Assembly: GCA_963718195.1 (NCBI GenBank)
Contig: CAVQYQ010000004.1
Span: forward strand, 94,048-158,047
Source: an uncultured delta proteobacterium
GTDB taxonomy: Bacteria; Desulfobacterota; Desulfobulbia; Desulfobulbales; Desulfocapsaceae
DNA length: 64,000 bases
Direction of reading: 5' to 3'
Below the pieces are notes generated by a model that was not told where the DNA came from, did not search any database, and saw only the letters and a program-made list of their open reading frames with translations. Made by a program: the position numbers and the translations under genes. This document shows positions 26,956 to 37,465 of the stretch, piece by piece; the stretch's first letter is position 1; each line of letters starts with the position of its first letter.

Positions 26956-27810
26956 TTAGGTGTGCTTAATAAAGGTCTCGTTTTGTAATTCCTTAAATGC
27001 CAACTCAAGCTCATCATGCGTATTCATCACGATCGGTCCCCTCCAGGCGATAGATTCTTTAAGCGGCCGCCCGGAGATCAGCAAGAAACGCAGCTGAATA
27101 TCGCCGGCTGTGACTTCCAGTTCATCACCATCCCCAAAGAGCAGCAATGTCTGATTTGCAACAGCAGTCCCATCAACACTCCCTTCTCCATCAATTACAT
27201 AAAGAAATGTCGTGTATCCACGCTTGGTGCTATGGATAAATTGTGTTCCGGCCGGAACCAGACAGTCAAGATACTGCGGATCAATGACAATATCGTCTGC
27301 AGGACCTGAAACCCCGGAAACCGTACCTGCGATAATCTTGATCTTTGCCCCGCTTGCCAATTCTACTTCCGGGATAGCTGCCGAGGGGATATCACGGTAG
27401 CGAGGGTCCATCATTTTCTGATCAGCGGGAAGATTGGCCCACAACTGAAAACCATACATCGAGCCCCTGTCGTCACCTTTCGGCATCTCCTGGTGAATAA
27501 TGCCGCTGCCCGCTGTCATCCACTGCACATCGCCTGAGGATATAACACCCCTGTTTCCGAGACTGTCACCATGCTCGACATCACCTCTTAAAACATAGGT
27601 TATGGTTTCTATTCCTCTATGGGGATGCCAGGGAAAACCGCTCAAGAATTCCTCCGGGACATCAGAACGAAAATCATCCAGCAGAAGAAATGGATCAAAA
27701 CGTGATGTGTCATGAAAGCCAAAGACTCTTCGCAGATGAACCCCTGCCCCCTCGATAACAGGTTCTCCCCGATAGACCTTTTCAACGTTTCGCCGTATGG
27801 GACTATTCAT
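26956..27810 (-). CDS. Pirin-family protein
   Basis: Bicupin with FPWHPHRGIETITYVLRGDVEHGDS. Confidence 0.9.
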   Translation of the reverse strand: MNSPIRRNVEKVYRGEPVIEGAGVHLRRVFGFHDTSRFDPFLLLDDFRSDVPEEFLSGFPWHPHRGIETITYVLRGDVEHGDSLGNRGVISSGDVQWMTAGSGIIHQEMPKGDDRGSMYGFQLWANLPADQKMMDPRYRDIPSAAIPEVELASGAKIKIIAGTVSGVSGPADDIVIDPQYLDCLVPAGTQFIHSTKRGYTTFLYVIDGEGSVDGTAVANQTLLLFGDGDELEVTAGDIQLRFLLISGRPLKESIAWRGPIVMNTHDELELAFKELQNETFIKHT

Positions 27811-27913
27811 GATTTTCTCCTTTTAAATGATGTCCTGAACCAATATTTTCTGGGGTTATGGAATATATGCTGTGCCGAGAAGTGCGAAACGTGTTGCCAA
27901 TAACCAGGCGCTG

Positions 27914-28303
27914 TTATTTATTCGGCATCAGGTGAAAACGGACCTGTATGTTCTCAACATCCAGTGTATCCGGGATTGGAGGGTACGGCTCCATTTCCGC
28001 CAGCGCTTTCAATGCATAGTCATTGTACACCTGGTCCGATGATAATTTGAGTATCTTCTGTTCAATGATACGGCCTTCTCTGTCCAGTATCAAATCGAGC
28101 TGAACTGAATAAAACTGGTTATCAAGTGTTTTCTTGTAGGACCACTGTTTATTGACGTATTCCTGTACGGTTTTCATATAGAGGAGTCTCGAGTCGCCAG
28201 ATTGCAGGGACGCCGGTTGCGTTTCCTTCTGCGCACAAGAGATACCAGCAGAAATAAACAAAAAAATGAGCGCAAAAAAGAACGTGACTGTTTTTATATG
28301 CAT
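27914..28303 (-). CDS. Small lipoprotein with a TonB/TolA C-terminal-like domain (tentative)
   Basis: Signal peptide ending in AGISC (a lipobox-like sequence). The C-terminus resembles a TonB_C-type fold (LDREGRIIEQKILKLSSDQVYNDYALKALAEMEPYPPIP). Confidence 0.4.
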   Translation of the reverse strand: MHIKTVTFFFALIFLFISAGISCAQKETQPASLQSGDSRLLYMKTVQEYVNKQWSYKKTLDNQFYSVQLDLILDREGRIIEQKILKLSSDQVYNDYALKALAEMEPYPPIPDTLDVENIQVRFHLMPNK

Positions 28304-28616
28304 ACCTGATCCTCTTATTTCTTTATCCTACAGTGGTCCGTGCAAATGATAGATGTCAACGCTACTCGCAATGAACAAAGAGAGTAAAGACTCTTTTGAA
28401 AATGTTATAGTGCTCAACAGGATACTGCATTACCTCCAATTGAGCAATCGTATCGGGTTACCTGGCATTGACAGTTTTGACGCTTTGACGTTCTTTGTTT
28501 CAGTGACAGACGTCACAAGGTACCTATCAGCGATTGCAAACAACTGTCTATGAGCAATGAAGGAGGGAGGGAGGGTATTACTTGCGAAGATACGGTTGGT
28601 GAATCATCGGCTGCAG

Positions 28617-29883
28617 CTATTGTTGAGCATCAACCATCAACCGAAGTCCGTTAATGACATCAAAGAGATCGACGTTGTGGTCGTAGACGATATCACCTTT
28701 TTTTCTCACATAGTCTGAGAGTTCCTGCGGTTTGGATTCGGATACAACCTGTAATGTGTAGATGATTTCAGCAAGGCCGATTTTACTGTCTCCGTTGACA
28801 TCAACAGCTATATAACTGGGAGTTTCCGCCCCACCGATTGATGAGTTAACGAGTTGCGGATCACCCCTGCCCAGATAAAAAATTCCAGGATACCCCACCG
28901 TCTCAAATGTGCCTTTCGGGTTATTCCACAATGCCGAGTTTTCAATCCGCAGCGTACCTGTTAAATTGTTGCTCACAAAAAAAATGGCTGTTCCGCCCTC
29001 AGTTGGCAGAATTGTCATGAATTGCTGTACCGCAGAGACTGAGGGTAAAGGTGTTGCCATCGTTGTATATCGCCCCGCCACTGCCGCCACCAGGTGTTCC
29101 TGGTTGCGCCGGGTTTGCACCGTAACCGATTGCGCTGTTGTGACTGAACAGGCTGTTTATCACCGTGTAGGAAACACCAATACTACTGATTCCGCCACCA
29201 TTGGAACAAGAGTTGCCAAGCCCTTCCCCACCCCCGAAGACACTGTCAACAATATAGACGGGGAGATCGTTGTACTGGCTGAAAACCCGGATCGCTGCTC
29301 CCCCGATATCGGGTCCGGTACTGTCGCAGACATTGTTGATGAACCTGCAGTGTACCGCTTTAAATCGCCCACCCCGGACAAATATCGCACCACCACCCCC
29401 GGGATCCGTGTCATCTGCTAATCCGCTCGCGTTGCCATCTTTGAATATCAGGTTCTGGACGGTGAGCCGCGGGTGATCCTGGTCCTGACAATGAGATGTT
29501 GTCCAGACCTGGGCCGGGTCGCATGTGTTCATATAAAGGATCCGAACCAGCCCACCGCCGCTCAGAGTAATTTTATCTCCACCGTCAATGACGATATCAG
29601 GCAGCTCTGTATTATTGAACACCTTCGCCGTCTCACTCAGGGTGATGGTCATCGGCTCGGGTCCGCAATCAAATGTTATGACGCCACCGCTTGCGACAGC
29701 AGCAACAAACGCTGCCGAGGTACAACTCTCTGGCGTTCCATCTCCAACAACGATGTCGGGGTGAGAACTATCCTCTTGTTGTGCATCGGGTGGAATAGCA
29801 CAGGTAAAAGCTTCTGCGGATAGTGTGCTGAAGACTGCTAAACAGAAACAGCCCAAAATATGCAGGATAGAACGTGTCCGCAC
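28617..29883 (-). pseudogene. Secreted right-handed beta-helix repeat protein with a C-terminal dockerin-like module, split by a frameshift at 28999..29001
   Basis: The 294-aa ORF ends ...CGTAIHDNSAN then TGA. The repeat pattern continues in the next frame as EGGTAIFFVSNNLTGTLRIENSALWNN (the 167-aa ORF). Skipping one base restores the DNSAN-EGG reading. The signal peptide is at the N-terminus and the DVNGDSKIGLAE calcium-loop motif lies near the C-terminus. Confidence 0.7.
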
Positions 29884-29907
29884 AAAATCACCTATAATCA
29901 GTCATCT

Positions 29908-30321
29908 TCAGGGTTCTGTGAAGGAGACCGCAGAATCGTTGTCAAAGCTCTGAGCTGCGATCTGTTCTTCAATATTTTTCTGGAGCGTATGGTTTGAATC
30001 ATCCAGCAATTTAATAACTTTGCCCTGAAGCGATATTGCCAGCTGCTGTTTTTTGATCTCTGATTTAAGATTCTTGATATCGCTGCTGAGCCGTTCCCTT
30101 TCTCTCTCAGAATCCTGGAGCTTTCGTTTCAGCTCTGCAACAACCGGATCTTCTCCTGACGTGACTTCACCGTTTTTTTCATGGGAAAAAAAACGCTTAT
30201 GGGCGCGACTATAGGCATCGCTTATCGAGTTAAAAGAGCTCTTCTCACCACAAGACGATAGAAAAACTGTCAAGAGCAGGATAACTGCCCATTTTATAAA
30301 TTGAGCGTACATAAAAAACAA
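29908..30321 (-). CDS. Lipoprotein with coiled-coil region, hypothetical
   Basis: Lipobox LSSCGE. A heptad-like charged stretch (ELKRKLQDSERERERLSSDIKNLKSEIKKQQ). Confidence 0.5.
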   Translation of the reverse strand: MFFMYAQFIKWAVILLLTVFLSSCGEKSSFNSISDAYSRAHKRFFSHEKNGEVTSGEDPVVAELKRKLQDSERERERLSSDIKNLKSEIKKQQLAISLQGKVIKLLDDSNHTLQKNIEEQIAAQSFDNDSAVSFTEP

Positions 30322-30485
30322 TAGCTCCTCTACATCTATCAGGGCAAATCTTTTCGAGCACCCGCCTGTCTAAATACCTGTTCTGCCTATTTCATTCTTT
30401 TATTCTTAAACTGCCGGCGCTACAATAATAGAGGCAAGAGCATCAGATAGAGCCCCGTCAATTAATTTTCTTATATCATATCCTG

Positions 30486-31883
30486 ATGCCGAAAGTAAAA
30501 TTGAGACGAGACATTGTGCTGGCTAAAACACTTGGTATTATAAGCGGTTCAACCACGACAGGAAGATCCTCGCCAAAGGCAAGGACTGGGCGGAGACCTT
30601 CCATTCAGCGTCAGCTCCTCTTTCGCATGGTAATTGCTGCATCAGTTATCTCTATTGCGCTTGGTGCGGCTGTCTTTATTCTTGAGTTCAATCGCCTCGG
30701 CAGCCTTGTCAATAGCCGTGCAGGCGAAATCGTCGCCAGTTTCAATAACCAGATCCGTCACCTGCTTGATACACCTGAGAAGTACAGTCAAACAACGCTT
30801 CCCCGGGAATTGGAAATGCTGCTGATCGCCGGTAAATCGAATCAATGGATGGGCCAGCTGGTTTCTTCAGGTATTTACAATATGTATGGTGAAGCGATTG
30901 CAACAGCGATTGACAAACACTATGCACAATTAGAAGATGTAGAAAAACTGCGGCAATCCCAGCGAAATTCTGCTGCAGGAACCGCAGAGAAAATAAGTAT
31001 ATTAAAACGCATCAAAGGGACGCCATACATTACGCTGAGCTTCCCCTTGAGCAACAGTGACGGTGAACCGGTCGCTGTTCTTGAGGGTGTTTTTGCCGTA
31101 TCGATACAGGCCAGAGACGAGGTTGTCGGTCGTATAATGAGGTCCGTGCTCGGGGCAATAGGTATCGTTCTCCTGACCACCCTGATACTCTATCCTGTCA
31201 TCATTACGCTGATACGGCAGCTGGCGAAATTGACCGAAAATCTTGTCGAGGCAAATATAGAGACACTCCAGGTCGTCGGAAGTGCAATTGCCAAACGTGA
31301 TAGTGACACCGACAGCCATAACTATCGTGTCACCATTTATTCCGTCACACTTGCAGAAGCCCTCAACCTCAGGCAGAACCAGATCCAGGGACTCATCAAG
31401 GGAGCTTTTCTCCATGATGTCGGCAAAATCGGCATCAGTGACCGGATCTTATTAAAACCCACGAAACTCACTGAAAACGAAATCGAAGCAATGAAACTCC
31501 ATGTCAGCCACGGGCTGGACATTGTAAAGCGCTCGGAATGGCTGAAAGATGCCGCCGACGTGGTCGGGTTCCACCACGAAAAATTTTGTGGCTCAGGATA
31601 CCCCCATGGCTTCAGCGGCTCAGATATTCCAATAAACGCACGTATATTTGCCATTGCTGATGTTTTTGATGCGCTCACCTCAGCCCGGCCCTATAAAAAA
31701 CCAATGTCTTTTGATAAAGCCATGGGGATCCTGGCTCAAGGAAGGCACTCCCACTTTGACCCGTCATACCTGGATGCTTTCAATAGTGTCGCACAGTCAC
31801 TCTACCAGGAGTTTGCCCAGTGTACAGAAAAGACCCTGCACACGAAAATGGAAGCGATCATTACCAGGTATTTCAATAGATGA
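30486..31883 (+). CDS. HD-GYP domain c-di-GMP phosphodiesterase with a membrane-bound sensor region
   Basis: Two TM segments flank a periplasmic region of about 150 aa. HD motif HDVGKIGI and HHEKFCGSGYPHG (GYP). Confidence 0.85.
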   Translation: MPKVKLRRDIVLAKTLGIISGSTTTGRSSPKARTGRRPSIQRQLLFRMVIAASVISIALGAAVFILEFNRLGSLVNSRAGEIVASFNNQIRHLLDTPEKYSQTTLPRELEMLLIAGKSNQWMGQLVSSGIYNMYGEAIATAIDKHYAQLEDVEKLRQSQRNSAAGTAEKISILKRIKGTPYITLSFPLSNSDGEPVAVLEGVFAVSIQARDEVVGRIMRSVLGAIGIVLLTTLILYPVIITLIRQLAKLTENLVEANIETLQVVGSAIAKRDSDTDSHNYRVTIYSVTLAEALNLRQNQIQGLIKGAFLHDVGKIGISDRILLKPTKLTENEIEAMKLHVSHGLDIVKRSEWLKDAADVVGFHHEKFCGSGYPHGFSGSDIPINARIFAIADVFDALTSARPYKKPMSFDKAMGILAQGRHSHFDPSYLDAFNSVAQSLYQEFAQCTEKTLHTKMEAIITRYFNR

Positions 31884-31911
31884 TGATTGATAAACCCAAT
31901 CCGTTATTATA

Positions 31912-31936
31912 TGAGCCTTTTGCAAAATGATGATTT
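31912..31936. repeat. Solo copy of the left-end repeat (25 nt identical to 15812..15836)
   Basis: TGAGCCTTTTGCAAAATGATGATTT occurs at both loci. I found no inverted partner nearby. Confidence 0.7.
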
Positions 31937-31953
31937 CCCGGAGTTTTATCCCC

Positions 31954-32910
31954 ATGAACATATTAAATATACTTGCCATCATGGTTGTTACGCTACTACT
32001 GTGCTGCGCGGTACCATTTGCAGCCCCCGCCTGGTCACAATCTGTACAATCATTTTCAAACCTCTATGAACCCTCGGATGTTACGTTTTTAGCTGATGGC
32101 AGTGTGATCGTTGTTGAAGATGAGGGCGACCATCCGCTTCGGCTCTTTTCACTCGCCCAGGACAAAAGTGAATTAACGCTATCACCACGACCACTTAAAG
32201 GAGAAATGAAAAAAGTTCATGATCTCGAGGGTGTCTCGGCAGCTAACAATAATGAAATAGTTATCATTACGTCACACTCACCATCGAAAAAAGGAGAACG
32301 GAAAAAGATTCGTGAACAACTCATTAAACTAACCATACAAGCGGAGCAGATATCTGATATCCAGGTAGTTGACAACCTCCTTCCCTTCATGCAGGAAAAA
32401 CTTCAGAAATCGCTCAAACTGGAAAAAAAAGCGCTTGAAGAAATCAATATTGAGGGACTGACCTTTGACGCAGCCAAAAAGACATTGCTCATCGGTCTGC
32501 GCTCCCCAGTCCATAACCACCAGGCACTTATCCTGAGTCTTCTCAATCCCTACGATATTTTCAATAGAAACCAAGACCCCATCTTCGACCCCAGAATAAT
32601 AGCATTAGACCTCGAAGGTGCCGGCATCAGGGCGATAACCTATGACAAGAAGAACTCCCGTTTCCTGATTGCAGGCGAGACAATTCATAAAAAGGGCAAA
32701 CTTCGCTCACGGATATGGGCCTGGGATGGACTGCAAAAGAGCAGGCCAGTTAAGGTTGATATTCCGAAAATGAAGGGAGTGAAAAATATTGAAGGAATAA
32801 CAATAGTTGAGCATGAAAACTCATCTTATCTGCTGTTTGTTTGTGATAACGGAAATAAAGACAAAAATGTCGGCGGCAGATATGGGTTCATTGATATGAA
32901 TAAGCTATAA
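31954..32910 (+). CDS. Secreted hypothetical protein
   Basis: The start is moved to MNILNILAIMVVTLLLCCAVPFAAPAWSQS, a typical signal peptide, because the track start at 31927 lies inside the repeat. I do not confidently recognise a family. Confidence 0.55.
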   Translation: MNILNILAIMVVTLLLCCAVPFAAPAWSQSVQSFSNLYEPSDVTFLADGSVIVVEDEGDHPLRLFSLAQDKSELTLSPRPLKGEMKKVHDLEGVSAANNNEIVIITSHSPSKKGERKKIREQLIKLTIQAEQISDIQVVDNLLPFMQEKLQKSLKLEKKALEEINIEGLTFDAAKKTLLIGLRSPVHNHQALILSLLNPYDIFNRNQDPIFDPRIIALDLEGAGIRAITYDKKNSRFLIAGETIHKKGKLRSRIWAWDGLQKSRPVKVDIPKMKGVKNIEGITIVEHENSSYLLFVCDNGNKDKNVGGRYGFIDMNKL

Positions 32911-32959
32911 CCGGCCTCTCTCATGTCCTTATGGTCAATACCGGTTATGCTCGACAATC

Positions 32960-34555
32960 TCATCGAGCTGACTGCTGCAGCCTGGTGACCAGCACTACAG
33001 CGACTATAGGAACGACCAGTCCGGTCATCATGACGGCGATCATCAGAAGTCCAAGTTCGCTGAAATCTCCACGTTCGACGATAAATATGCGGTTGAAATA
33101 ACTTGTCAGCAGGTTGGAGGCGGATAATGCCAGGTTGGTGAATGCTGCCATGACTGCAAAATAGGTGGCCTTCTGGTCAACCGGTGCCTCTCTGGCAATC
33201 CAGGCGAGCATTGGAACCATCATCACCTGTCCCAAGGGGGAGTCGGCCATGGTGTCAACGATGGCAATGGTATGTGCTCCAAATCCGAGATTAGCCTCCG
33301 TCCACTCATGCAGCCCATAGTACATGCCAATAAACGGCAACATCATCACGGCGTTGTAAAGTGAAAGAAAGACCACCAGGTATGGGATTGGACTCCTGAT
33401 CATCCAACCCCGTAATGCAACAAGTCCGATAATGGCAAGGATAGAGGATATCTGCCGCAAGGTGCCAAAGAAAGCCTCATCAAAATGAAGGACATCGATC
33501 TGCCACCAACTCGCCCCGGCACCGATGGTAGGCATGGCACGAAAGATGAAAATAATCAGTGCGATACCGACTATCTCTCTTTTCTTGCGCGGATCAAGCC
33601 CTTGCATTATCGAGTACATGAGATAAACAATTACAGCAAGAGAGCCCAAAAAGATAACTTCCTTCTTCCCACCAATATCCGACATTCCAAAAAAAACACT
33701 TAAGAGGACAAAAACAGCACTGCCGCCCAAGATGTGATAGTTGGGTTTAGTCACAGCATGATCCTGCTGAAATGACTGCTGGATATCAGCCTCGCTGATA
33801 CCGCTTCGCTTCATGCGCACCTTGCGGATCCGCATGCTCAGCTGTCCAAGCGTAACACCGAGAACGGAGATCACCGGGATACCAAGAGCCAACTCATACA
33901 TCACCTGGTAGGACAATGTCTTTGCCAGCCACCCGCCAAGACCGGCAACAAGGGCACTGCCCCCGATAATTGAGATCCTGCCGAGGGTCTGCATGGTGAT
34001 ATGCATACGTTTGAGCTTCTCTTCCCCGATCTGCTCACCGGCATCATCGAGTGTCGGAACTGCCTCCACGGTCATGGCGTCTGCAACCACATCCTGAATA
34101 ACAAAGCCAACAGGGGCTAGAAGAGTAGCGATGATATACCAGATTTCGGCGCTGAGGAACTGCTCCATCTGTTGTTTGAACCCGGTCAACCCAACCATGA
34201 TCAGCAGACTGAGCGCCATGAGCAGAGCACCGAAATAGACGAACAACGCCTTGCGCCGCCAGAAAAGATCAACGAGATGACCGATTGGCATTTTCAATGC
34301 CCAGGGCAGACCAGCCCAAAAACCGAGCCCTGCAAGGAAAACAGCCGTCAGTCCTAACTCATCCTTAACATAGAAACTTTCAACGATACCGGTAAATCCC
34401 GAGACACCTGCAGCGAAATAAACCATCAATGGTGGAACGTAGCTCCAACGCATTTCCCGGAAAATACCGGCAAAATCACGTACAAACCAGAGCCATAGAC
34501 GTGCGAGTACATTTTGCTCTGTGGATCGTTTTTCTCTACCTGTCATGGTTGGCAT
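32960..34555 (-). CDS. Polytopic membrane transporter (MFS / BT1 folate-biopterin-like, tentative)
   Basis: 531 aa with about 12 hydrophobic segments and a central charged loop (RIRKVRMKRSG). Confidence 0.55.
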   Translation of the reverse strand: MPTMTGREKRSTEQNVLARLWLWFVRDFAGIFREMRWSYVPPLMVYFAAGVSGFTGIVESFYVKDELGLTAVFLAGLGFWAGLPWALKMPIGHLVDLFWRRKALFVYFGALLMALSLLIMVGLTGFKQQMEQFLSAEIWYIIATLLAPVGFVIQDVVADAMTVEAVPTLDDAGEQIGEEKLKRMHITMQTLGRISIIGGSALVAGLGGWLAKTLSYQVMYELALGIPVISVLGVTLGQLSMRIRKVRMKRSGISEADIQQSFQQDHAVTKPNYHILGGSAVFVLLSVFFGMSDIGGKKEVIFLGSLAVIVYLMYSIMQGLDPRKKREIVGIALIIFIFRAMPTIGAGASWWQIDVLHFDEAFFGTLRQISSILAIIGLVALRGWMIRSPIPYLVVFLSLYNAVMMLPFIGMYYGLHEWTEANLGFGAHTIAIVDTMADSPLGQVMMVPMLAWIAREAPVDQKATYFAVMAAFTNLALSASNLLTSYFNRIFIVERGDFSELGLLMIAVMMTGLVVPIVAVVLVTRLQQSAR

Positions 34556-35085
34556 ACATTTCCAGCGTTTTTAGTTATTCAGGCATTCACGGTCGTGCAT
34601 CAAAAAATATAACCTGGTAATAGAATAAGACAGTTTCTGTTAAAGGCTTCCCCGAGCCACTCCCTTGCCACCCAATTTCTCGAGATAATTCTGTGATGAA
34701 CTCATAGGTAGCGTGTCATCAACACATTCCACAACTCATCTTTCAGACCAGAATTAAGGAACTCTGACGTTTTATGACATCACCACAAATAACCTGAGCT
34801 GGCTCGTGCTTTTTGTCTTCCATCTGCCCAAAATTTAGTTCCTGCTGCCTCTCTCTGCTCATGGCCAGAAAATGGTACATTCGTCTCTGCCCTGACGGTT
34901 TGCCAAGACAATCTTACCAGGATCACCGCTATGTCAAGCGACAGAGCCGAACAGTTACTGTTGCTTGACATGCAATACTCTGTGTCTATCATTATTCCAG
35001 GTCGACCTGCATTTAAACGAATATCATGCACTGGTCTTCCAATGAAAAAGAATCAACGCATTGTAACCTAAAATGGAGACATATC

Positions 35086-35256
35086 ATGAGTGATGATAAC
35101 AATAAAACGCTATGTGGTTACGTTGAGGAAGAGCTTCAGGTGAAAAATCCTCAGCAATATATTTCTCTGATCTCGCCCGCAACCCATTACTGCAAAGGCT
35201 GCGGCCGAAGCGTAGCTAAACCTGAAAATGTTTGTAAACCGGAAAAAATAAGTTAG
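35086..35256 (+). CDS. Small Cys-containing protein (56 aa), hypothetical
   Basis: MSDDNNKTLCGYVEE...YCKGCGRSVAKPENVCKPEKIS. GGAGA lies 7 nt upstream of the ATG at 35086. Confidence 0.3.
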   Translation: MSDDNNKTLCGYVEEELQVKNPQQYISLISPATHYCKGCGRSVAKPENVCKPEKIS

Positions 35257-35671
35257 ATTTTCATGCTACCCACAGAGTATCAGTAAAATCATGATGAGCA
35301 GCGCGCACATACATCTCGCAGTGGGCGGAAAAGCATGGCCATAGCAGGTCGTGGGCTGGGTATGAGGGGAGAAAAGATGACCCCTTCCTGGAAAAAACGG
35401 AAGTGTCAGGCTTTAATGGCAATTGTGCCGTGACCGACTGGACCTTAAGGTTGGGGATGGAAAATAGTATCAAATGGGTGCAGTCGGCAAGGACGTTGAC
35501 ATTCTCGTGACGATCGAGGCGCTGCGAAAAAAATGAAAACCTCTGGAGCCACGGTGGCTAGGAGAGGGAAAGAGCAAAATTGACCGCCGGCGATACTCCG
35601 TCGTCCGCAAATTCTTTGTCAGATCCTTTTTACATCTTATTTTCTGGGATATCATCCTGAACCGACCGGTT

Positions 35672-37288
35672 TTGCGTTGGCTCAGGACAGACCCCGCACA
35701 ACGATGGCAGAAAATCAGTCGAAACTATCGCGATTTGGCAATCGAGATGGGTGGAGTACTGATTAAACTTGGCCAGTTTCTTGCGGTCCGTGTCGATATT
35801 CTGCCCCGAGAAGTTACCAGTGAACTCAGCGGTTTACTCGATGAAATCCCTGCAGAACAGAACACTGCCATTATCAAACGGATAGAGGAGGATTTTGACC
35901 GACCGATTGCAGAGCTTTTTGAATGGTTCTCACCTGTACCACTGGGTTCGGCCTCGCTAGGCCAGGTTCATTCTGCCCGACTTGCCAGGGATCATACAGA
36001 AGTAGTCGTTAAGGTTCTGCGGCCTGGCATTGACATCCTGGTCGAGACCGATTTGGCGGCCATCTCTTTGGCAATTGGCTGGCTTAAGCGCTATCAGCGG
36101 GTCAGCAGAAGGGTTGATCTGGACTGGCTGACTGAAGAGTTCTCCAGAGTCACCAGGGCTGAACTTGATTTGTCAGCTGAGGGAAAGAATGCAGAGAGGT
36201 TTGCCCAGGATTTTGTTGATGAGCCAGGCGTTTATTTTCCCCGTATCTATTGGGATTACAGTGCCGCCCATACCCTGACTATGGAAAATGTCGGTTATAT
36301 CAAGGTTGCCGATCACCAGTCGATTGCTCTAGCGGGCATCAATGCGGCGGATGTCTCAAAAAAGATTTACAATATCTATTTAAGACAGATTTTTGAGACT
36401 CATTTCATTCATGCCGACCCCCATCCAGGCAACATTTTCATCAGGCCACTGCCCACAGAGACGGAGCGTGAGCAAGGGGTGACCGAGATTCATCCCGGCG
36501 ACCAGGTTGAATATCTGGAAAATCGACCGTTTCAGGTCGTTTTCGTCGATTTTGGCATGGTCACCGTTATTCCCAGCAGGCTTCGATCCGCACTTAAAGA
36601 GTATGCGATCGGGGTCGCCACCCGCGACGCTTTTCGTATTGTGCAGGCATATGTGCAGGCGGGCACCCTGCTTCCTGGAGCTGATCTAAAAAGACTGGAG
36701 GAGGCTCACCAGGCCCTGCTTAATCGGTTCTGGGGCGCAAATGCCCTGCAGATGAAGGATGTGGTTCTGGCAGAAGCCGGGAGCCTGATGCAGGAATACC
36801 GGGATGTAATTTATGATGCTCCTTTTCAGTTTCAGGCTGATATGCTGTTTGCCATCCGGGCAGTCGCTATTCTGTCCGGCATAGCTACCAATCTCAATGA
36901 GAAATTTGACCCATGGCAGGAGATCATCCCTTTCGTAGAACGTTTGGCGACCAGAGAGCTGCGCATGAACTGGCAGGAATGGCTGCAGGAAATTGTCACT
37001 TTTACCCAGGTCATCAGCAGACTACCAAAGAGTATTGATGCTGTCATAAGTCAGGCCCAGCAAGGTAATTTAACAGTGAAGAACAGTATTGCACCTGAAA
37101 GTCGTCGATTGCTTGTTCGGCTTGAGAGGTCAATCAATAAACTATCCTGGACAATCGGTTCGGTGGGTTTGCTCATTGCCGGAGTGACCGTTAAAGAAAG
37201 AGGTACAGGGAGTTGGCTGTGGATTGTGCTCGTTCTACTGGCAGTATGTTTTTTTGGCTGGGGAGTCTGGTGGAATCGGCGCAGGTGA
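35672..37288 (+). CDS. ABC1/UbiB-family atypical kinase; N-terminus probably longer than annotated
   Basis: GGVLIKLGQFLAVRVDILP, ASLGQVH, VVVKVLRPG, HADPHPGNIF and two C-terminal TM segments. The reading frame stays open upstream to 35537 with no ATG or GTG (see the finding at 35533). Confidence 0.85.
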   Translation: MRWLRTDPAQRWQKISRNYRDLAIEMGGVLIKLGQFLAVRVDILPREVTSELSGLLDEIPAEQNTAIIKRIEEDFDRPIAELFEWFSPVPLGSASLGQVHSARLARDHTEVVVKVLRPGIDILVETDLAAISLAIGWLKRYQRVSRRVDLDWLTEEFSRVTRAELDLSAEGKNAERFAQDFVDEPGVYFPRIYWDYSAAHTLTMENVGYIKVADHQSIALAGINAADVSKKIYNIYLRQIFETHFIHADPHPGNIFIRPLPTETEREQGVTEIHPGDQVEYLENRPFQVVFVDFGMVTVIPSRLRSALKEYAIGVATRDAFRIVQAYVQAGTLLPGADLKRLEEAHQALLNRFWGANALQMKDVVLAEAGSLMQEYRDVIYDAPFQFQADMLFAIRAVAILSGIATNLNEKFDPWQEIIPFVERLATRELRMNWQEWLQEIVTFTQVISRLPKSIDAVISQAQQGNLTVKNSIAPESRRLLVRLERSINKLSWTIGSVGLLIAGVTVKERGTGSWLWIVLVLLAVCFFGWGVWWNRRR

Positions 37289-37465
37289 ATTTCTCGATAA
37301 ACGCTTTTGAATTGAGTCTCAGAAACGACTGATTTTCAGATAATAACAGCTTACTTAACTGAAAATGCAGTACATACCAGGTACAGGAAAAATCAAAGAT
37401 CCCCTCTGTTACCAATGCAACACAAAAGGGGATCTTTTAGTATGACGTTTAATAAAAAATAAATG

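Noticed and set aside
28990-29010. An RF2-style programmed +1 frameshift at AAC UGA G
   Set aside because: The geometry fits, since skipping the U restores the frame. However, the P-site codon AAC cannot re-pair in the +1 frame, and there is no Shine-Dalgarno-like stimulator a few nucleotides upstream. I treat it as an indel until orthologues show conservation.
34780-35655. Minus-strand ORFs 34780..35031, 35261..35473 and 35470..35655
   Set aside because: They have no RBS and no recognisable family, and they overlap the probable UbiB leader/N-terminal extension and the small plus-strand gene. I treat them as spurious.
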